Shown here: positions 36,866-49,021 of the stretch, in pieces | How the letters are laid out: each line of letters starts with the position of its first letter | Numbering within the stretch: position 1 is the first letter of the stretch | NCBI RefSeq assembly: GCF_001194135.2 | Contig: NC_068988.1 | Span: 38,678,178-38,732,207 of the forward strand | DNA length: 54,030 nt | Origin: Octopus bimaculoides | Taxonomy: Eukaryota | Direction of reading: 5' to 3' | Notes under the pieces: generated by a model | The model's input: only the letters and a program-made list of their open reading frames with translations | Database searches by the model: none | Told to the model about the DNA's origin: nothing | Position numbers and translations under genes: made by a program

Positions 36866-37300
36866 TAGAAATGCAGAGACGCCTACAATAGGACATCTAC
36901 TCGCTAGAAATAGCAGCAAAAATACTACATACCACAAAAGTTAGGGATAATTTCGAAAGGAAATGAAAAATAAAAACTTTTACCAATCTATATTCTGTAC
37001 CATGGTTTCAAGTCAATTTTAGTAAGATAAAGATTATATCTTACAAGGTCGGACTATCGTCAGCAGAATTGACCAGACAACATATGAAGCACGAATCAGT
37101 ACGCAGCATGGTTCGTGTTCTTATGTCTAATTTTTCAAAATATACCACGTATTTCTAGCGAGTAGATGTCTTATTATAGGCGTCTCTGCATTTCTAATGA
37201 ATAATACATAGTCTATTGACTGTTTTTTTACTCTCGCTAGACCACTGGTAGTAAATAAAATTTCTAAGATTTTCTTTGCTACCCTATAATTTATTAATAA
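36863..37300 (-). mobile_element. Inverted-arm non-autonomous element with hammerhead (PLE-like)
   Basis: 50-bp inverted arms 36863-36912 / 37150-37199; (TA)n at both outer ends; HHR in the spacer. Confidence 0.75.
36992..37069 (-). ncRNA. Type-I hammerhead ribozyme motif
   Basis: AUUCUG-CUGACGA-U-AGUC..GACU-U-GAAA-CCAUGG-UA-CAGAAU: 6-bp WC stem I, palindromic ACCAUGGU, GUA triplet, extra hairpin GUAAGAUA/UAUCUUAC in loop II. Confidence 0.75.
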
Positions 37301-37824
37301 TATATATATATATATATATATAGGTAACAAAAAATTATTGACGTGAACTCTTTTCAAGAAACAACAGCATAGGGCTCAATTTATTGAGTAATTAGATAAA
37401 AAGATTAATTTGGAAGAGACAAGTTCCAATGTCAATAATACTCTTCATCAAAGCTGACACATATCTAAACACAGAGAGCATATATAAGCCATTATAAGCA
37501 AGTGAACACATAACATATAAAAACACACACACACAAACGTGTGTGTGTGTGCTCACATACATAAATATGCGTCTCTCTTTCTAGACATGTGTGTGTATAC
37601 ACACACATATATGAGTTACAAGGCAACCTCACTAGTGCTGGTGCCATGAAAAATGTGGTTAGCATTAGGAAGGGTATTTAGCCACAGAAACTAGACCAAA
37701 AGTGAGACGCTGGAACTAGATGTGGCCTTCCAGCCTGTTGGTTCCTGTCTAACTATCCAACCCATACCATGGCAGCATGGAAAGCAGACATAAAAATCAT
37801 GATGATGATGGTGGTGGTGGTGGT

Positions 37825-37875
<51 letters not shown>

Positions 37876-38335
37876 ATGTTTGCATACATGTAGTCTTAAG
37901 CCGGAATTTTGCACACAACTCTACATAATTGCTCAGTCAGAGGATAGCAGGCAACACCACGATCTCCTAAACCTTTTCAGGGCTTCTTTGACTTGCCAAG
38001 ATTAAGGTTGGAAGTATATTCTTCAACTGGAGAAATTGTTCAAATGCTTCTAAAGGTTCTATCCCTGAGAACTGACTATACATATCTGTATCTGTTTGCC
38101 AAAGATTGGGCAAGTTTTTGTCTTTAACAAATGATTAGCATTTGGCTGTGCATGCTAGTCTTTATTGTTCTTCATTCTCCATACCACTGTATTGGCCCCA
38201 AACTCTGCTACTTTGGAGCCAATGCAGTGTGGCAGTGGTGTCATTGCATATGTTGTTGTCAGAATGCAAAGAAACAGGGTAGATACTGCAAAATATCTAG
38301 TTTGACAGTCTTGCAATTACACCTATCCACTAGTC

Positions 38336-38520
38336 CAGTGCTCCGTAACCTTTTTTCACTTGGGGTACACTTATATTCTTTTCAAAATTTGGTGGCACAC
38401 CTCAACTAAAAATATAACTAAAAGTATAGGGAAAAAATTATATTCAGGTTGCACTGCAGCAGACCTAGTATCGTCTCATGGCACACCAGTGTGCTGCAGC
38501 ATACCAGTTGTGGAGTACTG
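38336..38520. mobile_element. hAT MITE with 8-bp TSD
   Basis: TIRs CAGTGCTCC / GGAGTACTG; flanks CACTAGTC/CACTAGCC (7/8). Confidence 0.8.
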
Positions 38521-39393
38521 CACTAGCCTACACTTCTGAATGCTTATAAGAAAGGCACTTAAGGGACATGTGTTGGTATGAAGTTAGGTAATAGGTTAAG
38601 CTTATTACTCATGAATGAGTGCATTTCATCTGATGGTTTTCCCTACAACATATGCATCTACCTAATTCCACCCAAAAGGCATAGTAAAAACAAAAAACAC
38701 AACAAAAAACTTGCTCAAGGTGCTTCATGAGAGATTGAACCTGAAATCGTGTGAATGTGAAATGAATTTCTTACCTAACATGATCTTGCCTGTGGGATTC
38801 TTTGCATAGTCATATCAGGATTGTGACATAACATATTCCCTGGAAATTTGAAGGAAGTAAAAAATGAGATTATAAATTTTTAAAGCATCATTAAAACTAC
38901 TTCTGCCCTAAAGGAACTTGTATCTAATTAATATGTTAGACAAAATACCTAGTATTATTTGTTCGGGCTCTTTACTTTCTGAGTTCAAATCTCACCAAAG
39001 TTAATTTTACTTTTCATTCTTCCAAGGCTGACAAAATAGAGTACCAGTTAAATACTGGAGTTTATGCAATTGATTGGCCCTCTGTCCTCAAAATTGTCGA
39101 CCATGTGCTTATAAAAAAGATTGGTAGAATCAGGAGAGTGTTGGAGAAAATGCCTTGCAGTATTTGCTCCTGCTCCTCATTTCTAAGTTTTGTGGTCAGT
39201 GGCATCAACCAAGCCTCTCATTTGAAAATTGCTGGCCTTGTGCCTAAATTAGAAAGAATTATTGTACTCATGAGTTCTTAAAGTAATAAGTTAACTGCCT
39301 TTATTTAAAAGCAGCAGAAATATAACAAAAAAACGGGAACGTGAAACTCAGAGTAACGGTTTTTTTGTTATATTTCTGCTGCTTTTAAATAAA

Positions 39394-39450
<57 letters not shown>

Positions 39451-39859
39451 CCACATTCACACACATCATCATCATCATCATGACACATACACTCACACAC
39501 ATATATAATATTGGCTTCAAATTTTGGCACAAGGCCAGCAGTTTCGATGTAAGGGCTTAGTTGATTATACTGACCCCAGTGCTCAACTGGTACTTATTTT
39601 ACCGATCCCTTTAAAAATGAAAGGCAAAGTTGACCTCGGCAGAATTTGAACTCAGAACATAAAGATGGACGAAATGCCGCTAAGCATTTTTCCTGGAGTG
39701 CTAATGATTTTGCCAGCTCACACGCACACACACACACACGCACACACACACACACACTCACATCACATTAAGAGTACACGTGCCTGAATTACTCAAGCAT
39801 TTCTTTATATAGTTCAATAAATAGATATTTCAGTTGATCAAACAACTGAAATACTCATC

Positions 39860-40470
39860 ATTGTTGATGTTGCTGTTTTGATGGTATTGTTATGAATGAT
39901 GTGACTAATGTTATTTTTTATGATTACTATTGGTTGTTGTCTTTAGTTTTTAATGCTTCTGTTCTTAGTACTATGGTGGTATTGGTGGAGGTAGCAGTTG
40001 GAATGGTTTTGTAAAAACAAAACATTGAGATTGAGTGTTAGTAGTGTTAGTGAGTGTATGGTGGTAGTAGCAGTAGTGTAGAGTTTTGGGTTGTGGTGGT
40101 GGTGGTGGTGGTGTTTAGTAGTGGTTATGTTGTCATTTGTGGTGCGGTGTTGGTGAGTAAGGTCATTATAGCCACCACAACTGCAACAACATTCGGCACT
40201 TACACCTGCTAATACCACTACCAATCTTTAGCACTATTACAACAATGATGACAACAATGACAACATCCACCACCATCAACAACATCACCACCAGTACCAT
40301 CACCGCCACCACAACCACCAACACTACCACCATCAACACCACCACCAACAACAACACCACTACCAACATCACCATCAACATCAACACCACCACCACCATA
40401 CCACCACCAGCATCACACCACCACCACATCAAAATTATTACCATCACCACTTATACCATTACCACCAACA
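39860..40470. repeat. Degenerate triplet repeat with strand switch (GTG/TTG to CAC/CAA)
   Basis: G/T-rich to about 40165, A/C-rich afterwards. Confidence 0.85.
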
Positions 40471-41018
40471 TCAGAATCTGTAGACTTGGACACTAGAAAG
40501 AGAGCAATGTGTCCTAACTGTTACACTGCACCGCTCTCTGTATGATTTATCAACGTATATTGGATTGTGCAGTTACTGTATGGAATGTGTGTGTGATGTA
40601 GTGTTTATTGGGCTACTATATAGGTTCCACAAGTCTGCCTGATCAGTACTGACCTAGGGTTAAACAACATCCCCTTTCCCGAAACAGTCACCACTGCTGT
40701 AGTGACCAAAGTAAATAGATTTGTAATCCTTATCTAAAACATGCATTCTGATATTTCATATTGGATATTGATTATTGATTTTGTTTAACCCCCAGATCCA
40801 CCCTGATTGAGGGGAACTATTAACAAAATCATTCTAGCTGTGACCGTCAAAATAATTCTTCATTATATACAATGTATCTAAAATCACATTATCCAGGATG
40901 TAGTTCTATTTCATTTTCCTAATTTTCATATCTTTTATATTTGTTCAGATGAATGTGTGATTTGAGTTTGATTCGGCTGCTATTTTGTGAAGATTGAATG
41001 ACTAGGTAAAGCTCTTCA

Positions 41019-41019
<1 letters not shown>

Positions 41020-41059
<40 letters not shown>

Positions 41060-41525
41060 TATCATCATCATCATCATCATCGTTGTTTAACTTCCGCTTT
41101 CCACGCTGGCATGGGTTGGACAGTTTGACTGAGGACTGGTGAGCCAGATGGCCGCACCAGGCTCCAATCTGATCTGGCAGAGTTTCTACAGCTGGATGCC
41201 CTTCCTAATGCCAACCACTCTGAGAGTGTAGTGGGTGCTTTTTACGTGCCACCGGCATGAGGGCCAGCCAGGTGGTACTGGCAACGGCCATGCTGAAATG
41301 GTGTTTTTTATGTGCCACCTGTACAGGAGCCAGTCCAGCAGCACTGGCAATGACCTCACTCGAATGTTGTTTTTCATGTACCAGTTAGTGGCCCTGGCAA
41401 CGATCATGCTTGGATGGTGCTTTAATGTTCCACTGGCATGGGTACCAGTCAGGCGGTGCTGTTATCAGCCACGTCAGCGAATTTGATTTTGATTGTGATT
41501 TCACTTGCCTCAATAGGTCTTTGGT
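41020..41525 (-). mobile_element. RTE-tail repeat with long (GAT)n tail
   Basis: Well-preserved tail plus internal tandem units. Confidence 0.85.
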
Positions 41526-41611
41526 AAGCTGGCAGAGCAGAATTGTTACTGTCTCAGACCAATTGTTTTGTGGCATTTCTTTTGGATCGTTACAACCTTA
41601 GTTCAAATCAG

Positions 41612-42298
41612 GTGTGAAGGTGCATGGCTCAGTGGTTAGAGCATCAGGCTCACAATCAGGCGGTAGTGAGTTTGATTCTTGAGCATGGCACTTTATTTCA
41701 TGTTGCTCCAGTTCACTCAGTTATAGAAATGAGTTGCGACGTCACTGGTGCCATGCTGTATCGGCCTTTGCCTTTCCTTTGGATAACATTGGTGGCACGG
41801 AGAGGGAAATCCGGTATGCTGGTCTCCTATAAAAATAAAATCTTGCCCAGGTGTGTATTTCGGAAGGAAACTTTCTAGGTGCAATCCCATGGTCATTCGT
41901 GACCAAAAGGATCTTTACCCTACACATATGTTTGTGTGTGTGTGTGTGTGTGTGTGTGCATGTGCGTGCACATGTGAAGATGAATGGCTAAGTGGTTAGA
42001 GCGTTGGGCTCACAATCATGAGGTAGTGAGTTCAATTTTTGGTCTGGGCTGTGTGCTGTGCTCTTGAGCAAGACACTTTATTTCACATTGCTCCAGTTTA
42101 CTCAGCTATACAAATGAGTTGCAACGTAGTGGCCTTTGCTTTTCCCTTGAATAACATCAGTTGCATAGAGAAGAGAGGCTTGTATGCATGGGCAACTGCT
42201 GGTCTTCCATAAACAACCTTGCCAAGACTTATGCCTCAGAATGTAGCTTTCTAGGTGCAATCCCATGGTCATTCATGACTGAAGGGGTTTGTTACCCT
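41612..42298 (+). mobile_element. Two head-to-tail SINE S2 copies separated by (GT)n
   Basis: 41612-41920 and 41982-42298 share head, CORE-like block and tail. Confidence 0.85.
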
Positions 42299-42620
42299 CT
42301 ACCTTTAGTTTAAATTCTACTAATGTTGACTTTGCCCTGATGATGATGATAATGATGATGATGACGGTGGTGGTGTTGGTGGTGTCGCTGCTGCCACTGA
42401 TGATGATGACGATGATGATGATTGCAATTAGAGCATATTTCTTCATAGGTTTTCCTAATTGGGATTGACCTAAGAACTAAACGATTCATACCGACACAAA
42501 TGTTGATTTCTAGCAGTTGACACAATATCAGACCCCATGCTTGAGCAGTAGTACTAAAAACAAAACTGACAATGGCTGGATTCAAACACAAGAAACTAAA
42601 GGAATATAACAAAATAAATA

Positions 42621-42655
<35 letters not shown>

Positions 42656-43848
42656 GAAAGAAAGAAAAGAAAGAAAGGCCTGTCTGTTTAACCCTTGACA
42701 ACATGGAAAACAGACATAAAGTAAAAATAACAGTCATGATGATGATGATGTATCTCTCTCTGTAGCCCATGTCTTTTACCATGTCAACAAGTGTGGCCTC
42801 TTTGTGGTCATTTGATCTGCTAGAAATAGCAGTGAAATTTCTTGAGTTACATACTGCAGTGTCTAGAAGAATGTATTAGCTATTGTAATCTTAGACACCC
42901 CTAAAAAGACAAAATAATCAGGGTTAGAATGCCTTTCATCATGAATTCACTCAGAATTGACTTGGGCTAAATAACAACAGCAGCAGCAGTAGCAACAACA
43001 ACAACAACAACAACACGATGATGATGAACAATGTGCCTTTAATTTTCAAAACCACTTTTCGCTTCCAACTCATTTCCTTCAATTAAATTAGAAATATCAG
43101 TTTCCACGCAGACTTAACGAAACTGTAAACTAAGCTTCTGAATAATTATCATTTAACAAAATCCCAACCTCAAAATATGGAAAATGTAAAATGCAAAAAA
43201 AAAAAAAAAAAAANNNNNNNNNNAAAAAAAAAAAAAAAAAAAAAAAATTAAAAAAAATGCAAAAAATAAAAACAAGCCAGTTCTATGTGTAAACAAGTGC
43301 ACCCTGTACACGCACACATTAACATACATACACTCACACACATTGTACATGCATGCTGATGAAAAAATAGTCACCGATAGATCGCGAAAAGAAGAATAAG
43401 CTTTTCTAAATTATATCAAAATGATTATATAGAAAGAGTAATTACATGATTTTGATTGGTTAAGTTATAATTACAAAAGAAGTTATTGTGTAGTGTGCAT
43501 GGCATTATAATAAGTAACTTATTCATTGCAAAACTAAACACTCACACACATGCACACTTGTACACCCATATGTATGTATACACGTGTGTGAGTGTATATA
43601 TACATATACATGTGTGTGTGTGTGGGAGGGGATGGGTAAAAACTCACGATTAGTGATGGAAGCAGAATTTAGTTCAGAGTGGCATTCTGTATATCTTACT
43701 TAACATGGATATATTGTTGAAAGCTGCAAAACTACCATAGTTGTCTTGAGAAAGCTTTTTGCATAAACCTGTATAAACACTGAAGCATGCATTTATGTTT
43801 CCCTTAGACTCCCAACTTCTGATAGGGTCATATGGACTCTGTTATGAC

Positions 43849-44307
43849 CAGGGCCGGATTAAGACTCATAAAGGCCTTAAGTACTTCAAAGGTTTTAGTG
43901 CCCCCACATATATGTAATCCAAAATATATACAATAATAAACTATAAAATAAATTTTTATTTTTCAAAATGAAACAAAACTAACAGTAAGATGGAAAATAA
44001 TGTTTATTCTTGTATACTTTGAAAAATTTTCTCCAACTTTCTTTAATCTTTGAACAGATCTTCAGAGTTAACCTTACGTAATGCATCTGCTTCCCTTCTT
44101 AGTAAAAATAAAGCATCCAGCCTGCCTTGTTGCATAGTTGTTTGATGGGATTTTTAATATACTTCAACTGAGAAAATGAATGCTTAGCTGAGCAATTTGT
44201 GACCATTAATGTTAAAAATATATGAATGGCAATGTCTACATTTGGAAAAGCACACTCAATAATGTTTATTTTAGCAAGTTTAAAACGATTTCTAATGTGC
44301 CATAAAC
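43849..44307 (-). pseudogene. hAT transposon 3' end with dimerisation-domain remnant
   Basis: TIR CAGGGCCGGATTAAG at 43849; [33 protein letters not shown]. Confidence 0.88.
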
Positions 44308-44315
44308 TATATATA

Positions 44316-44351
<36 letters not shown>

Positions 44352-44439
44352 TGTATGTATGTATGTATGTATGTATGTATATATATATATATATATATAT
44401 ACAGAAATATATACATATATATATACATATATACATACA

Positions 44440-44472
<33 letters not shown>

Positions 44473-44496
44473 GTATATCTATATATATGTATATAT

Positions 44497-44582
<86 letters not shown>

Positions 44583-44617
44583 GTGTATATATATCAGAAG
44601 TAAGTTTTCCAAGTTGC

Positions 44618-44918
44618 CGTACATTCATAATCACCATTAGACTCATTCAGCTCTTTCTGAATCTTCTGCTCTCTCCTCAGATTGACACCCAAACACTCTT
44701 AAATGTTCGTATTGGAGCTTCTGGTGTGGATGCCTAGCAATGCAGCATGCTGTTTCTAAGTTTCTGGCAGAGTGAATTGCGTCATGGTGCTGTTTTTCTC
44801 AGAGACGATGCCCAACTGATCCTACTATACTGTGTTGTTGACAAAACTGAAGACAAACATTGCACATGTGTGAAATTAAAAATATAGAATAGTGACAATT
44901 TACCCATTGAACCCTGTA
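44618..44918 (-). pseudogene. maT-family Tc1/mariner 5' end
   Basis: TIR TACAGGGTTCAATGGGTAAATTGTCAC; [16 protein letters not shown]; overlaps the start of the 49760 copy in sequence. Confidence 0.7.
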
Positions 44919-45163
44919 TATATGTACGATGGGCTTCTTTCAGTTTGCATTACTCACAAGGGTTTGGTCCGCTTGAGGTTATAGAAGAGTTTGAGAAGAA
45001 AACTTCTTACCACACAGCCACAAACCACATTCAAAGTACAGTGTATCTATTTAGTTCAAGAAGACAGCTGTGAGAACTACAAATTTGAAATAATATTACT
45101 CACTCTTAGCAAATAAATTATTTACATCAGAGATATTTTCACTGAAAATAATCATTTAGTGAA

Positions 45164-45333
45164 TTATTGAACTTCTGAGTATCTTTCCAACTTCAGTCTG
45201 TCATTCAAGCGTGTAACCCTCATGAAAGTAACGCTTCTGAGCAGGTTGTCTTGTAAATCTTGTGCCATTACTGGATTTCTTCCAATTTCTGTATGGAGCA
45301 AAGTTTTGTTGAAATCTTCTTCAGTCCATTTGC
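45164..45333 (-). CDS. Candidate terminal coding exon, product unknown
   Basis: Acceptor ATTAACTTCCAG|G, phase 1, (G)KWTEEDFNKTLLHTEIGRNPVMAQDLQDNLLRSVTFMRVTRLNDRLKLERYSEVQ*; non-repetitive composition; no recognised homolog. Confidence 0.28.
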
Positions 45334-45639
45334 CTGGAAGTTAATACCACATTAATGTTAATGTTTTTTTTCTCCCACTCCTTTCATTTCCTCTCTCTCT
45401 CCCACTTGCAAATTTCGCTTGTATTTGAAGCAGTAGAAGAATCACATAAAAGTACTGATGATTTCTTCAAATAAAGTGTTATGAAAGTTATGGGAAGCAT
45501 GAATTTGGAACAAAGTATTTATTTTACGCTTTATAAAACATTTACATCACTGATGTAAATGTGTGTATGATAATGTGTAAATGATTACAATTTAAGCTTA
45601 TTTGTGGAGGCACAACACAAGATAGAAAAATGTTGCTGT

Positions 45640-46145
45640 GTTTGCTTCCCAACCACATGGTTCTGGATTCAGTCCCACTGTGTGACACCTTTCGCAAGCA
45701 TCTTCTACAATAGCCCAGGGCCAGCCAAAGACTTGTGAGTAAATTTAGTAGATGGAAACTGAAAGAAGCCCATTGTGTGTGTGTGTGTGTGTGTGTGTGT
45801 ATACATACACACATACATACACACACATACATACACATATACACACACACATGCACACACACATATATCCATGTGCATGTGTGCGCATGTGTTAATGCCT
45901 CTTTGTCTTGACATCACATGATAGTTGTAAACGAGTCTCACAGTAATGCAAGTGATGTCTTTTGTTTTCAATCTTCAGTGAAAACATTGTCTCTCATCAT
46001 AGGGAAATATTATCTCATCTGTAAACAGGTACAGATTGGTAACATGGAGGGCATCCAAACGTAGAGAAAATCTGCTTCAACAAATATCATCTGCTCCATG
46101 TAAGCATGGAAAAGCAGGCATAAAAATGGTGATGATGATGATGAA
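45640..46145 (+). mobile_element. SINE S1 head + microsatellite + tail B
   Basis: Homologous to 28317-28790. Confidence 0.78.
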
Positions 46146-46166
46146 TCAGTATGCAATAATAATAGG

Positions 46167-47010
46167 TGCAGGAGTGGCTGTGTGGTAAGTAGCTTGCTTA
46201 CCAACCATATGGTTCTGGGTTCAGTTCCATGACATGGCACCTTGGGCAAGTGTCTTCTACTATAGCTTCGGGCCGACAAAAGCCTTGTGAGTGGATTTGG
46301 TAGATGGAAACTGAAACAAGCCCGTCGGTCAACTCTCTCTTTTTCACTCCAGCCACTATGAAGGCGAGACGAACTGTTTTCTCTCCATCCAGCTTTGTCA
46401 TATCACTAGCGTTCAATATCAGATTCGCATTTGGCCCTACAGCTTTTTAAAGTTGTTTTCACTGTCCATTTTTTCCTGTCTTGGTTTGTGTTTGCCACCT
46501 TGGAATCCTCTGTTTAGTGGGTTGATCCACTACTCAGGAAGAGACTATTCTAGAGTGCGTTCTGCCTTATCTTCGAAACGCCTAGTTAGAATAGAGGCAG
46601 CTGATGAAGGAATAATTCCAAGTGGCTATCTTGTTTTCCTATGTGTTCGTTCTGTTGTCTGTAGTTCATTTTTCTAACGTCCTGTACCCTGATATGCATT
46701 TATATACACATGTAGATGTAAGTATGTACATATATGTGTGTATACATGCATATATATTCTTTGCATTATATATATATATATATATACGTATATATTTGTA
46801 TGTATATGTTTGTGTGTCTGTGTTTGTCCCAAATCGCTTGACAACCGATGCTGGTGTGTTTACGTCCCCGTCACTTAATGGTTTGGCAAAAGAGACCAAT
46901 AGAATAAGTACTAGGCTTACAAAGAATAAGTCCTGGGGTCGATTTCTTCGACTAAAGGCGCTGCTCCAGCATGGCCACACTCAAATGACTGAGGCAAGTA
47001 AAAGGGTAAA
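46167..47010 (+). mobile_element. SINE S1 (head, microsatellite, tail A) interrupted by a foreign insert of about 365 bp
   Basis: Head 46167-46325 ends GCCCGTCG; insert 46326-46690; tail A 46810-47010. Confidence 0.85.
46557..46614 (+). ncRNA. Hammerhead-like motif with permuted strand order
   Basis: GCG-UU-CUGCCU / UAUCUUC-GAAA-CGC / AGGCAG-CUGAUGA-AGGAAUA; 6-bp stem I, 4-bp stem III, weak stem II. Confidence 0.4.
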
Positions 47011-47556
47011 AGGGAGATATCTGTCAAACAGTGTAACCAAAGCAACCTGCTGTTGACATGCCTGTCATTGAATTTAACACACATAAACAATCAACTGGAC
47101 CAGTGAATGTTGTTTACCCCCCACCCCCCTGTATCATACAGATTTCCTTGTTTTTTTGATAACCTCTTAAACCCCATCTCAACGGAGAGGTTGTCTCGTT
47201 GTTGTCAACACAGTTTCTTCCAGCTTCCAAATTTCACTCACGAGTTATAGACTAATGATAAAAAACCCTTGTTCAAGATAGTGTGTAGCAGGATTGAACT
47301 TGGGACCATATGGTCGTGAAGCAAACTACTTAAACCAAATTGCCAAGTCTTTCCACATTGTATTTAATTTAATTTTGCTTCATTTCTTATTGCCTGACTT
47401 TAATAACGACAGTTTAAGAACTGGCCTAAATAGAGATTATGAATAATTGATGAAGTCAAATATCTTCAGGATAAATTTATCATCTTAATCATATTTGCTG
47501 TTGTTCATGTTGCTGTTGTTGCTGCTGCTGCTGTTGCAGTTGTTGTTGTTGTTGTT

Positions 47557-48545
47557 AAGGCAGCAAGCTGGCAGAATCATTAGAACACCAGACAGAATGT
47601 TTAGCAATATTTATTGCTGTTCTTTATGTTCTGAGCTCAAATTCCATCAAGGTTGATTTTTTACCTTTCATACTTTTGGCGTTAATAAAATAAGTATCAG
47701 GTGAGCACTGGGGTTGATGCCATCAACTAACCCCCTCCCACTGAAACTGATGGTCTTGTACAAAAGCTTGGGGCAGTTTTTATTATTAAGTACCAGTCAA
47801 GCACAGGTGGGGTGGGGTGGGGGTGGGGGTGATGTAATCAACTTGCCTCCTCCCCAAAAATTTCAGGTCTTGTACTTATTGCAGAAAGAATTATTATTAC
47901 TTGGCAGAGTTGTTAGCACGCTGGACAAAATGCTTAGTAGTATTTCACCCGTTGCTACATTCTGGTTTCAAATTCTGCTGAGGTTTGACTTTGCCTTTCA
48001 TCTTTTCAGGGTTGATAAATTAAGTACCAGTTTCGCGCTGGGATCGATGTAATCGACTCATTTCCTCTCCCAAAATTGTTGCCCTTGTAGCAAAATTTGA
48101 AACCATTATTATTATCATTGTTGTTATGATTATTGTTATTATTATTATTATTAAGGTGGCAAGCTGGCAGACTTGTTAGCATGTTGTTCTGAGTTCAAAT
48201 TCCACCAAAGTCAACTTTGCCTTTCATCTTTTTGGGGGTTGATAAATTAAGTACCAGTGAAACATTGGGGTTGATGTCATGCACTAGCCCCCTCCCGCAA
48301 AATTCCAGGCCTTGTACCTATTGTAGAAAGAATTATTATTAAGGCAGCGAGCTGACAGAATGCTGGATGAAATGCTTCGCGGTATTTCATCCATCTTCAT
48401 GTTCTGAGTTCCAATTCTGCCAAGGTTGACTTTGCCTTTCATCCTTTCGGAGTCAATAAATTAAATACCAGTGAAACACAGGGGTCAATTTAATCAACTA
48501 GTCCCCTCTCCCACAATTCCAGGCCTTGTGGCTATAGTAGAAAGG
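47557..48545 (+). mobile_element. Head-to-tail array of about five SINE S3 copies with (ATT)n tails
   Basis: Units start at about 47557, 47783 (partial), 47901, 48151 and 48341. Confidence 0.85.
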
Positions 48546-48916
48546 ATTATTATTATTATTATTATTGTTATTATTATTATTATTATTATTAGTAGTAGTA
48601 GTAGTAGTATATTTTTCTTATTGCTTACTTGTTTTCCTTCCTTCCTTCATCTTCTCTCTTTGAGGCCAAATTATTTTAATTCATTATTTTGTTATTTTGG
48701 CTCTATGTTTCTGTTATTGCAAATTCTTAGCACTCTACTGCAAAAAGTTGTCAGTTTTGTAACAGGAGGAGACAGAGTTGTTGAAAAAGAATAGATGAAA
48801 GTAAAAATACAAATAAAAAAAAGGCAAAACAATATGTAAAAAAAGGAAGTAGAAAGAAGAAGAAAAGCTAGCATAGTGGTCTTGAAGAAACTTGAGTCAT
48901 TTTTGTTTGACCCCAC

Positions 48917-49021
48917 CTTAGAATTGATATAATTTTCAATGGCTGTCCCTTCTCTGGTCTCTCCCTTTTCGAAGTATTTTGTAATGGCAATGACTTGCAG
49001 TTCAATATTTGAGAAGTCTCC
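48917..49021 (-). CDS. Candidate internal coding exon, product unknown
   Basis: AG|GDFSNIELQVIAITKYFEKGETREGTAIENYINSK|GTGGGG, 105 nt, phase 0-0; weak polypyrimidine tract. Confidence 0.2.

Noticed and set aside
47405-47480. CUGAAGA hammerhead-like motif on minus, and other isolated CTGANGA hits (270, 10204, 28199, 43356, 45317, 51774)
   Set aside because: No matching GAAA..UH strand with pairing stems.
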